A DNA stretch of 64,000 bases, taken from Trichoplax adhaerens. Its lineage: Eukaryota > Animalia > Placozoa. The notes below the pieces were generated by a model that had not been told where the DNA came from, did no database searches, and saw nothing but the letters and a program-made list of their open reading frames with translations. The position numbers and the translations under genes were made by a program. Below, in pieces: positions 1 through 12,078 of this stretch (positions are counted from its first letter, which is position 1; each line of letters opens with the position of its first letter). Location: contig NW_002060946.1 of NCBI RefSeq assembly GCF_000150275.1, positions 2,499,454 to 2,563,453 of the forward strand. Direction: 5' to 3'.

Positions 1-310
1 TACAGGCAGTAGTTTACTGTGTTGATCTCACACAAGTACCGAAGTCCTGCGTAAAAAGAAAAGAGAAATTATTTCTACTTGATATCATACAAGGATAAAT
101 TGAGCTCTCAAGATCGTAAATCCAATCTAGACAGTAGTTTACTATGCCGATCATTAGCGTATTGATCGCTGTATAGTGAATTTCCTTTTATTACTCGTCA
201 TTTATGCAAGAAAAGTGAAATGACTTCTACCTGCTGTGGCATCACGCCAATCAACTGAGCTCTCAAGGGATCGTGAATTCAATACAGGCAGTAGTTTACT
301 GTACTAATCT
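1..310. repeat. Degenerate tandem repeat, unit ~130-155 bp, probably continuing left of the window
   Basis: CAGTAGTTTACT(G/A)T occurs three times (~7, ~132, ~289); TGAGCTCTCAAG..ATCGT(A/G)AAT occurs twice (~101, ~256); the intervening sequence is also partly similar (AAGAAAAG.GAAAT.A.TTCTAC twice). Confidence 0.7.
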
Positions 311-1234
311 GTCTAATACAGTAGTGTAAGGTAGAGTGGATTCGGTATTTTATGCATGCATATTAGAGGAGTCGTCTATATTCATGTTGATCTATCTATT
401 TATATCCTAAAGCACATAAACTGGCCCTAACCAGGCATAGCGAAAATAGTATGGCCCATACTTTGGCTTTTAAAATTTCATGTACCTTTACTGCCATAAG
501 ACCATGAAGATCTATCTTTACCCATGATATTACAGTATACAATACTTTGCGTACTGTCAGGGATCGTAGTCAATGAACGTTTCCCACTACGGTACAATAC
601 TGTAAGGTAGCGGTCAGCGAAAGCGCAACAACAAAAATTAAAGATCCGAATCCTGATGTAAAAGCTATTAAAAACCTGAAAATATAGCTCATCATATTTA
701 ATATCTATAGATGGTACTGCCAAATTTGTGAGCTTTATTATCCTGTTTATATGATACATGGGGATATTTAATAGGTTACTGAGTGGGTCATTTAACTGTT
801 ACAATTTTCGTGCACAAGTAACAGCCAGCTCTAAATTCAACCGATGAACTATTTCCGTTGGACGCTATTGTTTTTGGGGGATCCAATTCCTATATTGACG
901 TCAACGTTTTACTTTCGAAATTTTCATTTGCAGTCAAATCGTACTTCATTAGCATTGAAAAATTGACATAGAGAATCCTTCATTGTTTGACGTGCATTTT
1001 CATCAAATTTTCGACTACATTAAAGTACCTCAAATCCAACTCTACATCCTTCCAAATGGAGTTGATTTGGCCTAAAAATGCCCGTCGACAAAATTGATAT
1101 TGCACAGTGTTTGACCACTACTTGTACAGTATTTAGCCTAATTTACTGCCTGTCACTTGATAGTTGGTACTGAAGCACGGTTGACTAAATTAAAACAGGT
1201 GTAGTGCTGACGCAGTAGCTGACTAAAAAGGGAT

Positions 1235-1370
1235 ATACTGTAGAGTACGGAACAATACTGTCCTGTACTGCATGAGCTGTACAGTGTACAGTGCACTGTC
1301 CAGTGGACCGTACTGTACACTGTACAGCGCAAACCGATGTCTACTGTAAGCATACAGTAGAGTAAACAGC
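1235..1370. repeat. TACAG/CTGTA low-complexity tract upstream of the Rab gene
   Basis: Dense TACAG, CTGTA and GTAC words; the overlapping short ORF is Y/C/T/V/S-rich as a by-product. Confidence 0.7.
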
Positions 1371-2010
1371 ACTAAGCCTTGGAGCTTGCTAATGTCAACT
1401 GTTCAAGTTAATTTAATTTATTTAATGAATGAGTGAATTCAGTGAATAACATTAAAGTGCAAAAAGGATCTTTTGCACCTTTCAATAGGATGCATAGAAT
1501 ACACGCTTGAGTTTGCTTGCATTGTATAGTCTAGTAGAGACTGTCTCGCTGTGTGGAAATGGACTTGCCGGTTATATACTGTATACTGTTGCAACTTGCT
1601 CTGTCATTGGGGGGACTGGCAAAGGCAGTAAATTAGTATTTTGGGGATATAAATGATCGGTAGCGTTGCATACGTCGCAACGATCTATATGCATTAGACT
1701 AGAGTCATCGAGTGTATTAGCAACGTAAGCAAGAAGAGATTGTCTGACAAGTCTTTGATTGATAATTTCAGTATAGAAACATCATTGTCAAAGAGTAACA
1801 GTGATTTTCATGTTTTTGTATCATTAATTTCTATTTTACCACAGCTGTGGCAATATTCTCTATATTAAATATACTACCAATCTATTCAATAGTCCAACTC
1901 TGAACAGGAATCCATACCGGACACAACATTTTCCGACCATTTTATGACAAAGGTAACTAGTTTCATTTTTTTTTTTTCTCTCTCGCTCTCTCATCTTTGA
2001 AAATGGAAAT

Positions 2011-2083
2011 GCGCTTCATTGACACCTGGATGATGACCGTACAGTTGCGCTTCATCGACACCTGAATGCTGAACGTGCACTGT
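2011..2083 (+). repeat. 36-bp direct repeat (2 copies) in the putative Rab promoter
   Basis: GCGCTTCAT(T/C)GACACCTG(G/A)ATG(A/C)TGA(C/A)CGT at 2011 and 2047. Confidence 0.75.
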
Positions 2084-2903
2084 ACGTCATCTCGTTGATG
2101 TCACGCCAGCAGTTGTAACATCGACCTCTTGCAGTCAAGGAGAAGGGCGAAAAAAATGGCGACTTCTTTGCTACACTGAACTTAACTTAAACTGGATAGA
2201 ATACTGCTTTGATTTCGACATGGCAGTCAGTGAATTTATTTAAAGCCTTCAATTTTGTCTGAAATGTGATTCTTTTTTTGGTCCTGCCTTTGCTTACAGT
2301 TGATTTTGTAAAGCATTGTGTTTATTCAAGCAGTCGTGGGGTTTCCTCCCTAAAGAAAAAAATGCAGAGAGAGGGAGAGAAAAAAAATTATACAGGATAG
2401 CTAGTTGTTCATTTGGTCTGAGTTTCGACGACGGCAAAGCCTAATAAAGAAATGTTTACTGATTGAAAATCTCTTTTTCAATACCCTGCTAGAGATTGTC
2501 AGATACCGTTAAGCTTATATTTGGGATTGCAACCGTGCGTGCAAATTTTGTACCCGTAGCTTAAATTGATTTGGATACAAGAGCGAGAGTGGAGAAGATT
2601 GAAAATACTCAGAAGGATTCTTGCTAGGTATCATTAATCCTTTCGTCTTTGGAAAGCAAAGAAGTAGAAACGAGAATTTGCTTTCCATTATTCTAGCCAA
2701 GAAATTCAAACGAAAGCCTATCAAGTAAGTGAAATTGCATACAACAACTCCCTTGTTTCGCTTGAATGAGGACGTATTGAAAACTAAAAGATGATGTTAA
2801 GATTGTTTCTTCCTTATCGCACTCATTCTTCGATATTCTTCATTGACAAGAAACTGAAATAGTCATTTCCTTGCACTAATAGGTACAAAATACATTGATT
2901 GAA

Positions 2904-5900
2904 ATGAATGGTACTGCAGGAAACATGATCAAGGAAGGCAATTCTGGATTAATCGATGATTTAGGCGAAGATTATGATATGCTACTAAAAGTCATGATTG
3001 TTGGTGATGCTGGTGTTGGTAAAACGGCTTTGCTGCATCGCTTTAAGAGTAACGCCTACAATGAAAAATATTCCAGTACAGTTGGTGTTGATTTTTTCTT
3101 TAAGACAATCCATTCCGGTGGTAAGAAGATTAAGGTAATTGACAGTCTCATGTTATAATCTACTTTCTAATAAAGTAAACCCTGAATAATTTGATCACCA
3201 ATACAGTACATGATGACTACCATTTTCTTTTCATACTGTACGGTAATTTAATTTATTTATCAGTGAATATTTCATGTAATTTGATGATACTGAAAACTAC
3301 AGTGTTAAAGCACTTGCTATATTATTTTCTTGCATGGTGACATGATGATTATTCCTTTTCTTTGCACTTCCATTTGGAGTGACGCCAGAACTACTCAATT
3401 CGACATAATATTCCGCATTATATCACTATTTAGTTTTGAAAAATAACTACCTACTGGACAGCTACTTTCCCTATTCTTTATCACTCATCAACCTGCTTTC
3501 ATGTTGAGCCTCTTAATAACTTCTAATTTATTCAATCGCTATGTCATTATCACTGGGTAAAATGGAAGATAGCCTAACTAAGGAGTACAGTATTTACCTT
3601 CTTTTTGCAAATCATGATGTATCTTTTACATTATTTGCATGTGTATCATTTCTTAAACTGAATGGACACAGATTGCAGCTTATGCAATGGGAACAATAAC
3701 TTATTGATACTCAGCTTTTCATCTTAGACAAATGGTCCTGTGAAGATTTAATCAGGCGATATAGGAATTAAATTGAGTGTTCATAGACCGTTTATTAAAC
3801 CAATACATTAAATAATGGTGGTAGTTGAACATCGTGAAGCAATCCCGATATTAAATGACTCGTAAATGTTGACATTCTTCTCTAGTAGTGACTTGACTAT
3901 ACTCGAATTTTTATTGATTGTAGTTATCTACCTAGAACATGGCATATAAAGACGTATCCACTACTTTCATAGCCAGTATTATTTATTTAAATTGTTCAAG
4001 GAGAAGTATACTCGGTCCTTTCACGCAATTACTTACTATAAGGGAAGCAATGATTAATTAATAAAGTTAGCCGAGGATTATGAATTATTTTGTACACTTT
4101 ATTATGATAACAGTTTAACTTATCTTAATCAAAAGGAGTATTTCATTCGTCAAGATATTTCCCTGAAAATCAAGTAATCGGTCTTTTCCTTTAATATTAT
4201 ATTAATATTCAGCATATGTAATTATCATAGGTGTTCATCAAATAGTTCATGAATTTCTGATACGGACGATTAGATCTGATGACATTTGCTTCTACATGTG
4301 ATTTCGATAACACCTTCATTGCTCGAGATAACTCTTATATTCTTTGCGGGTAGTAATAATATCGAAGCTGTACTGAATTTTAGAGATTCTTTTGTCGTTT
4401 CGTCAATCCCAACGATTGGCTAATTTTAGATTAACAACTATTATGACAGTAAGAAGTTATTCCAAGATGATTCGTTGCAGCTTATGAAAGTTTTATTTGA
4501 TTTATGTTTGAAGTTGGAACTTACTTTCGATTTATGGAATGCTGTAATATAGACTAATAACAGTGTGCTAGTCATAGCATGAATAACCTCAATGATTTAC
4601 ATGTAAGCTCCTGAAAGCTTAGTTATAGCCGTATTTACGGTAGTACTTTCCTTCTATTAGAATACCGCGCGGTTTGAAACATATGGGAGTACCATGAAAT
4701 TTCATAGACTGTTGCCTTTAAATTTACAAGTTTATTGATTTAGAACTCCATGTACATCTCAATGTAACCTTCATCATTCTATTCTACTGTGCTTAGGTAT
4801 ATTCGTTGGGTGAAATAATACTTTAACTGTATTTGCTTATATTATAATTTAAAAATAGAACTAGTCTTTTATGAATGGAAATATCACTTTGTTACATATC
4901 TGGACAGCTGCTGAATTTTACATCAGTACAAATACTGTATACAGCCTTTATTGTATATAGTAGTATCTATAGTGAGTATGACCCATCAAATCAATCTGTG
5001 ATCAATTAAACATTAGTACACACCATAAAAGCTATACTATACTATATTATCCGAAAGCTATCGTACAAGGTATCGAATTGTGATCTCACGCATTGATACA
5101 TACAAGTATCTTATTTTTCATAAAGTGACTATACATCGTTACATACTGTAATCAAACTTTGTAGAGTTAGACAAAATCAATCTTGGAATTTTTCTATTTT
5201 ATCTGCTGCATAACTATAGTTAAAGCAATCTTTTTAGTGTTGAAGTACGCGCACATCTACGTCTCCTATTTTTTGTAAACGTCTATAAGAAAGTAATACC
5301 ATTAATTAATATTGTTTATGCGTTAAATGCGTATAGTGTATATTTTAGTGCGACTACATACTGTAGACCAATCGATTTATTGTTCTGCTGATTAATCAAT
5401 GAAACATCACGAGCACGTCTATATTTGATGTCAACGTTGATTCAGATATGAACCATAAATTCGTTACAAATTATAGTATTACAAGATTTATAATTTATGT
5501 AGTATTTCATGATTAGTAATCTTGCTGATTGATCTATTTAAATCATTTACGATACTATCTGTAAATAAGAATATTAGCAACCCACCTAAAAGAGTCACAG
5601 AGTTGATTCTTCCGGAATGGTTTCTATAATTTATCATATAGACCTAATAGATCCCGTTATGCAATCTAAACGTAATCGCAGCTTTGTTATTATAACCTGC
5701 AATCATCGTCATATTAAATCTTGACTGGATTAGATTAATTGGTATTACGTTAATAACTACCAAGCTTATTTACAATACGCTGTCACAGGCATTTTTATAA
5801 TTAGTACGTATTTATTCATTTATATTTTATTAATTATACTGTACATCTTCCCTCTGTACTGTAACAGCATACTGGCACGGAATATTACAAAGTATTGAAA

Positions 5901-8594
5901 CGAAGGTTACCGTATCTTTCTTAATACCTCCATTCGAGTATATCTGGCTAGTCATAGATTAAGATGGGATGATACTAACTCACCACACAATAATTAAAGA
6001 ATATTTTTGTATTGAAAAGATACAGTATCGAATCCTTAGTAATTAAATTATCATCTTTAGAAACCTCTATTTGCTAGTGCATCCTATGCCTATTTCCTGT
6101 GCTATTACTGATTATCTATATTGTTATATATGTTTATAACAAATTACAGAAGCAAGAAGATTGCAATATCGCGAACTTTTTGCAGTTGAGAAATCCAATT
6201 TTGCACTGCATATTTCCACAACGTTACTTATATGTGCGCTGCTATAAATATCTCATGATATGATATTGACTAAATCGCAAGGATTGTGATGTATTGCAAT
6301 CTGCTATATTCTATTTTCATTATTCGTTTACTTTTAGTAATTGGGCAGTTTTCTAAGGTAGTTTTTTTACATAAATGAATTTTCTCTCTACGAGCATATC
6401 ATAGCATTACTCAATCACTACTGTATTAGTAAAGCATCAGTCATAATTATAATTGGACATTTAATTTTACTTAAAATCTTCAGAAGATGAAATATAGCGT
6501 TTTATTAAAGCTTTTCATTAGGATAGTATTCGTCCATAATAGTTTTACGCACACTTTTAAAGTAGGATCGAATTTATATCGCTACAAAATTACGTACGTG
6601 CTTCACATTTGGCAATCCTATAAATTTTTAAATTCGAGTGAATACAATAAAATTAATTGTATTTGCAAACGTAAAATACAGTTTTTGTCGATGACTACCT
6701 ACAATCGACCATGCTATGTAATGAACAGACTAGTTAACCTTTTATTAAAAATGATACTTTTTTTAAGTTACTATAGCCGTATTTCTCATTCTTCTCGTTG
6801 CGCCTCCTCAGTCATGATTTTAGTTAAACTAGTCAGAAAATATTAAAAAAAGTTAATATGGCTAGAGATTTCTGAAGATCTAGTATCACATCCTCACTGA
6901 AGCTAATTTATTATTCATGTATGCGTATATATCCATAAGAGCTTCTCTTTTACTTTTCGTTAATCAGTTTCTAAAGTTTCAATTACGAAAGTAATGGCAA
7001 AATTTAATATAATCAAGTTTTTGCTCTATTAAAATATGTTAATTACTAACGCCTGAGAAACTTTTCTTGACACCAAATACTAAAAAATATTAAAAATTTC
7101 AACACTGGAAGCACGTAAAAAATGCACTTGTTGTAGGCGTTAATAGCTGCTCCACCAAAATACAAGACAAAGCATAATAAAGAGAATAGAATGTTTAGGT
7201 TTTTGATGAAAAAATTGGCAGTGTATTGTATAGTTGATGAGTTTAAAATTTGATTACGTAAGAGTCGAAATGATTGACATGCTAAAAATAGTTAATATTT
7301 ACCCATTGCAGTCGAATTCCTTATGGACAGTGGCTATGATGATAGTAAATTAGATCTAACGTACAGACTTTTGCATATTTATTTATGTATAATAATTATA
7401 ATTGTACTTTTATTGATCCAATAGTTACAAATTTGGGATACAGCTGGCCAAGAAAGATTCCGTACTATAACACAAAGTTACTTTAGAAGTGCCAATGGAA
7501 TAATAATCGCCTTCGACATTACACGTAAAGAATCTTTTTTGAATGTGCCCTTATGGCTAGAAGATATTAAAAAATATGCCGGTAAAAATGTAGTCTTGTT
7601 ATTAGTAGGTAAGTCAAACATCTTACAGAGGGTAATTCGTAATATTTCAATTATACAATTAATATTATATGTAAATATGCCATCTGTTATGGATAGTAAT
7701 ATACGATATCTGAGACGTAGTAGTGCAATCTCAATATATTTATGCAATTTAAAGCTGCATAGTAGCTTATTGATATATCTCTATGGTAATTACTTCCTTT
7801 ATTATACAGTATACGCGTACGGTATACATATATATACATGGATATCAACTGTACGCTTAGAACAGCTGTCGTAAAGTTGAATACTTTTACAATATAGTCG
7901 CTACAACATAGTACCTTTTAAAAACTCACTTTCTCCTCAAGTCAGCCGACAAAGTTTATCCTCTTTCTCTACATTGTATAATATAAATTTTATAGATATA
8001 AAAACAGAAAATTCCTAATACAAATAGAAGATCATTTAATGCTAGTTATTGCAACTTAAAAATTAAAATAATCAACTTCATTGGAGTGAATACTTCATGA
8101 GATAATCGCCCAGTTCACTTGCTATGATAACATATTAAAACCTTTCAATTTATGCGTAATATTCATACACAATTAGATTTCATGTATTTATGTGCTTTTC
8201 TAATTTGTGACATATAATAATCATAATGCATTAGATAGCTTGAAAGAGTATTCTATAGTTACTGATATTGATAAGACATAGTACCATTCTTCGAATAAAT
8301 TTCTTATAATCCTTTCTTAATTTTCTTGTTTGGAATGAAGGAACTAAAACTGACTTAGACGATTTACGGTCTGTTGAACTGAGTGATGTTAGAGCATTTG
8401 CAGCACATCATAACATTTTTGATGTAATTGAAACTTCAGCTAAGACGGACTGCAATGTGGAAGATGCATTTTATAAAATGGCTTTCGAACTGAAAAGAAT
8501 TCATGGTGATAATAACCCGACAATTAATCGATCTCAAAGTAATATTTTACTGCCATCTGAAGAAAAGTCTAAATCAAGTTGCTGTGGCATTTAG
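2904..8594 (+). CDS. RAB43: Rab43/Rab19-like small GTPase; exons 2904-3134, 7425-7608, 8341-8594; probable 5'UTR intron 2725-2882
   Basis: Spliced ORF contains GDAGVGKT (G1), [53 protein letters not shown] and C-terminal SSCCGI*. Introns are GT-AG with consistent phases. Motifs recalled as most like the Rab43/Rab19 subfamily. Confidence 0.9.
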
Positions 8595-11540
8595 TTTGGC
8601 TGCAAATTTTCTTGTTGGCAGTATAGTAACATTCGGTACACCGTATACGAGTTTTTATCGCCAATCAACGTTTTTTATTTCTGGAACTGATTGATTATTA
8701 TTTCCCGTAATTAACTTTAATAGCTGTTCTCTAAATACTGGCTATTAACTAAAAATATACCGAATATATATATTTTGTTTATCGTATATATTGCTTAATT
8801 ATGGAGTAATAGATTAATTAATTATTGGTAACGTAAATATCTCGTGAATGTGATATCGATCGCGATCAGAGTTCCTTTTATTTGATTGGAACCAATTCTA
8901 CAGACCTTATATATTCTCTGCCGAATCCAGAGTTTTAATCAAAATTGATAAATTCTAAATATTCAATTATTTGGAAGATGAAGTGATTATTAAAGATTGC
9001 ACTACGTAATAATTGTTCCGTGTATTATTTAAAATATTCTTATTTGCTCATGAAATCGGCTGGTAACGCGAACTTAGTGTTAATTTTTGCCGTTGACTGG
9101 CATCAGTTAATTGACTAATATTTTGGATTAACCATATTAATATGCTAAGGCTCAAATGGCATCGATATAATAATTAAAGCTACTATGTTAATATCTATTT
9201 AACATAGTTTGGTTATCATTTATAACTTAGATGCGAGCACTACCCTACTACTTCTTTCTTTTCTGGTATTAGTTCTAAAAATCGATCCTTGTTGTTTATT
9301 AGGGTATTTATATATTTAATTTATATCTCTTACAATTATTTACCTTGTTGAGTGGATTTTCTTTCACTGTACTATTATGACCGTTATTACTATTATTATT
9401 TATGTCGAAACAACTTCAATTTAATTCATAATTAACTTCTATCCGTCGATCTCAATTTAAATAGATTGTCATTTTAATCCTGTTTACTAATATCTAAAAA
9501 GTCATTTCTTTGTGACTGTATCAATGATTGGTAATTTGGCTGTTAGTCTAAATATAGCCATATAGAAGTGATACTCACTAATTGTACCTTATGAATAAAT
9601 AAATTCTTCACTTAGAAAGATAAACGATCTAGGTATGATAGCTATGAATTAATTGACCTTAGATTGAGTTAATATTTGCATTTACCTCAACTTTTCTATC
9701 TCAGTTCTAAGAATTTACGATTATACGCGTATGTTGGTATTGATTGTCGTTACTTTGCTTTTAATTGATAAAAAGCGTAAAATTATGATATTGTAGAAAA
9801 TAATTTCCTTAGATGAGCTCTAAATTGTAACAAAGTTAGCGTATTGAACATCTTATGTTACGGCAGATATTAAATAGCTAGTCAATATAGCGTGCTATGC
9901 GCTAAGTTTCAAATGATACTGTATTCCTAAAAGATCAGTTTAAAACATTGCCAAAGTTTAAGCTACTATGATGAATATTATTCGATTATATTCACAGCAA
10001 ACAAATGTAAGATAACGTGAAAGACATAGAGATTTGTGCAATAACTATAAGCAAGGTGATATATAATGCGAGTTACATTACTATTTATTAGGAATTATCG
10101 CTAATTAATATTAATAAAAGCGTAAAATGCATGTAACTGTACTTGACGACTAAGCAGACTTGTAAAGTAATCTGTTTTGATAGTCATAGATCACCGTGTA
10201 ATCAAATGAAATTGTAGCATAAATTATTGAAATATTTTAACTTCCGTCTATAGTTAATTAATTCGTTAGTAAATTGATAACGCTAACATGCTTTTCAGTT
10301 TAACCACAGATTAAAACATTTCATTCTTACATATGAATGTAATTATTCAACGAATTAAGGAAACTGATGACAGTTATTTAAGTTAATTGCTACTCTTCAT
10401 CTATACTTCCCGATGTTTATCAATTTGTTAATTTTCATCGTATGAATGAAAGCAATTACAGGTGTACCGGTACTGAATAGTAGTACATACCGGTAACATC
10501 CGGCAGAAATTTCAGAGATAGCAAAAATACAAATAAATAAAAATGGAATAAAATGCATATGTATAATACATTACTAGATGAATTGACCTACAATACTACA
10601 ATAATTAATTATAATGAAGCTTGATGACTCGAAATGTTAATAGATATCCACACGTTAGCATTATAGTTCTGCAGTTCGAATTCGCTGGTTTAATATTAGA
10701 TGTTAACCGAAGAGAGAGTTGATCTGATAATGCAAAGAAGATGCAATATCATTCAAAAAAGTAAAGGTATACACGTTTTATCTACTACTTTATGTTCATC
10801 GACAAATTTGATCTATTCCTTGAGCAAAGATTCAGCATAAATCCTTTAGCATAATTTGGAATTTACTATATTAATATTGAACGTTAAGAGGCTAGAATGA
10901 AAGGGATTAACACCGTTGAAACATGAACACTAGTTCCATACTATCGTCTGCTTTATTATTCATTGATAAATTCAATATATTTTATGTGACGATTTAGTCT
11001 GGCTATTAGAATAATGTAGATACATCAAGTACGTACGAGCTCATGAACAGTTATGTACCAATAGGATTATACATTATTTTCTTGCATTTATTCCATCAAA
11101 AGGAATATTTCAACATTTGACTCGATGATATGGTCACTGATAATTAATCATTCTGTAATGTCTAGTCAATGTAGAGAAATTGTTGACAATTGCTGCATTT
11201 AGGTAATTCCTTGCTTATTCTCTATTCATAACGAATAATCTTTATTAAATGAAAGCAATGAATACGAAAAATCTTATTTTACTATCAATTGCCATGCTTC
11301 TCTGGGGATGACCCTTTATTTGTATATCTGTAAATACCAGTGCGTTATTCATGATGAAACAATTTACTCCTTTTTCATGTTAATCAATTTCTCTGCTATT
11401 GTCTTGTTAATAGGATTGCAATGAATTAAAAGTGATTGATCTAATTTGATTTATGTCTATCCAAGATTAATTTTTATTTGCACTAGTTTGAACTTGATTG
11501 TATTTCCTTCTAAGCAACAATCGTCTTGATTTTATGGACG

Positions 11541-11554
11541 GTTTCTATGGTAAC
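11541..11554. promoter_or_regulatory. RFX X-box (GTTTCTATGGTAAC)
   Basis: Exact match to the X-box consensus GTHNYY-AT-RRNAAC, ~525 bp upstream of the ATG at 12079; a likely 5'UTR splice acceptor lies at 12053-12054. Confidence 0.6.
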
Positions 11555-12078
11555 TAACCATAATGTCCTTAGTTATCCTTGGGCCCTTTTTTATCAACCA
11601 CTTGTTGTTGTCGTCGTCGATTAAACCCAACTTGAGATATAATTTATTCCAGTTGACATAGTATGGAGTAGCCTAGCACGATATTTAATTTATCTTTTGT
11701 AACATTTAATAGTTTGTGACATTGTTAATCGGCTGCCTGTTCTCAACGACACCCATTGATATAATTAAGTGGACTGTAAAGTCGCTTTTAGCACCCATCA
11801 ATTTGCGTCTAAAATTGATTTTTTTAGAATAAGAAGAAAAGAGATACTTGTTCGTTCATATTTCACTCATCAACATCAAGTGGTATCAATTTTAAAGAAC
11901 GATCGCAGGGGGTTTCTTTAAATATAAACTTGAAATTGTATTAATCGAATCAAGAGTATTGAAATTCTCTTCCATTCCCATTGCGTTGTTGCTGATATTG
12001 TCGTTTATTAGCCAAAACAATCTATTTTAATTATTTTATACTATCCATTTCTAGTACTAATAGAGGAATTAGGGAAAG

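Noticed and set aside
1-310. CRISPR-like repeat-spacer pattern
   Set aside because: Repeats are degenerate, the intervening sequences resemble each other, the context is eukaryotic and no cas genes are present.
6487-6846. 119-aa ORF inside Rab intron 1, and similar short AT-rich ORFs elsewhere
   Set aside because: Composition typical of random AT-rich frames with no recognisable motifs; many others are antisense or alternate frames of real exons.
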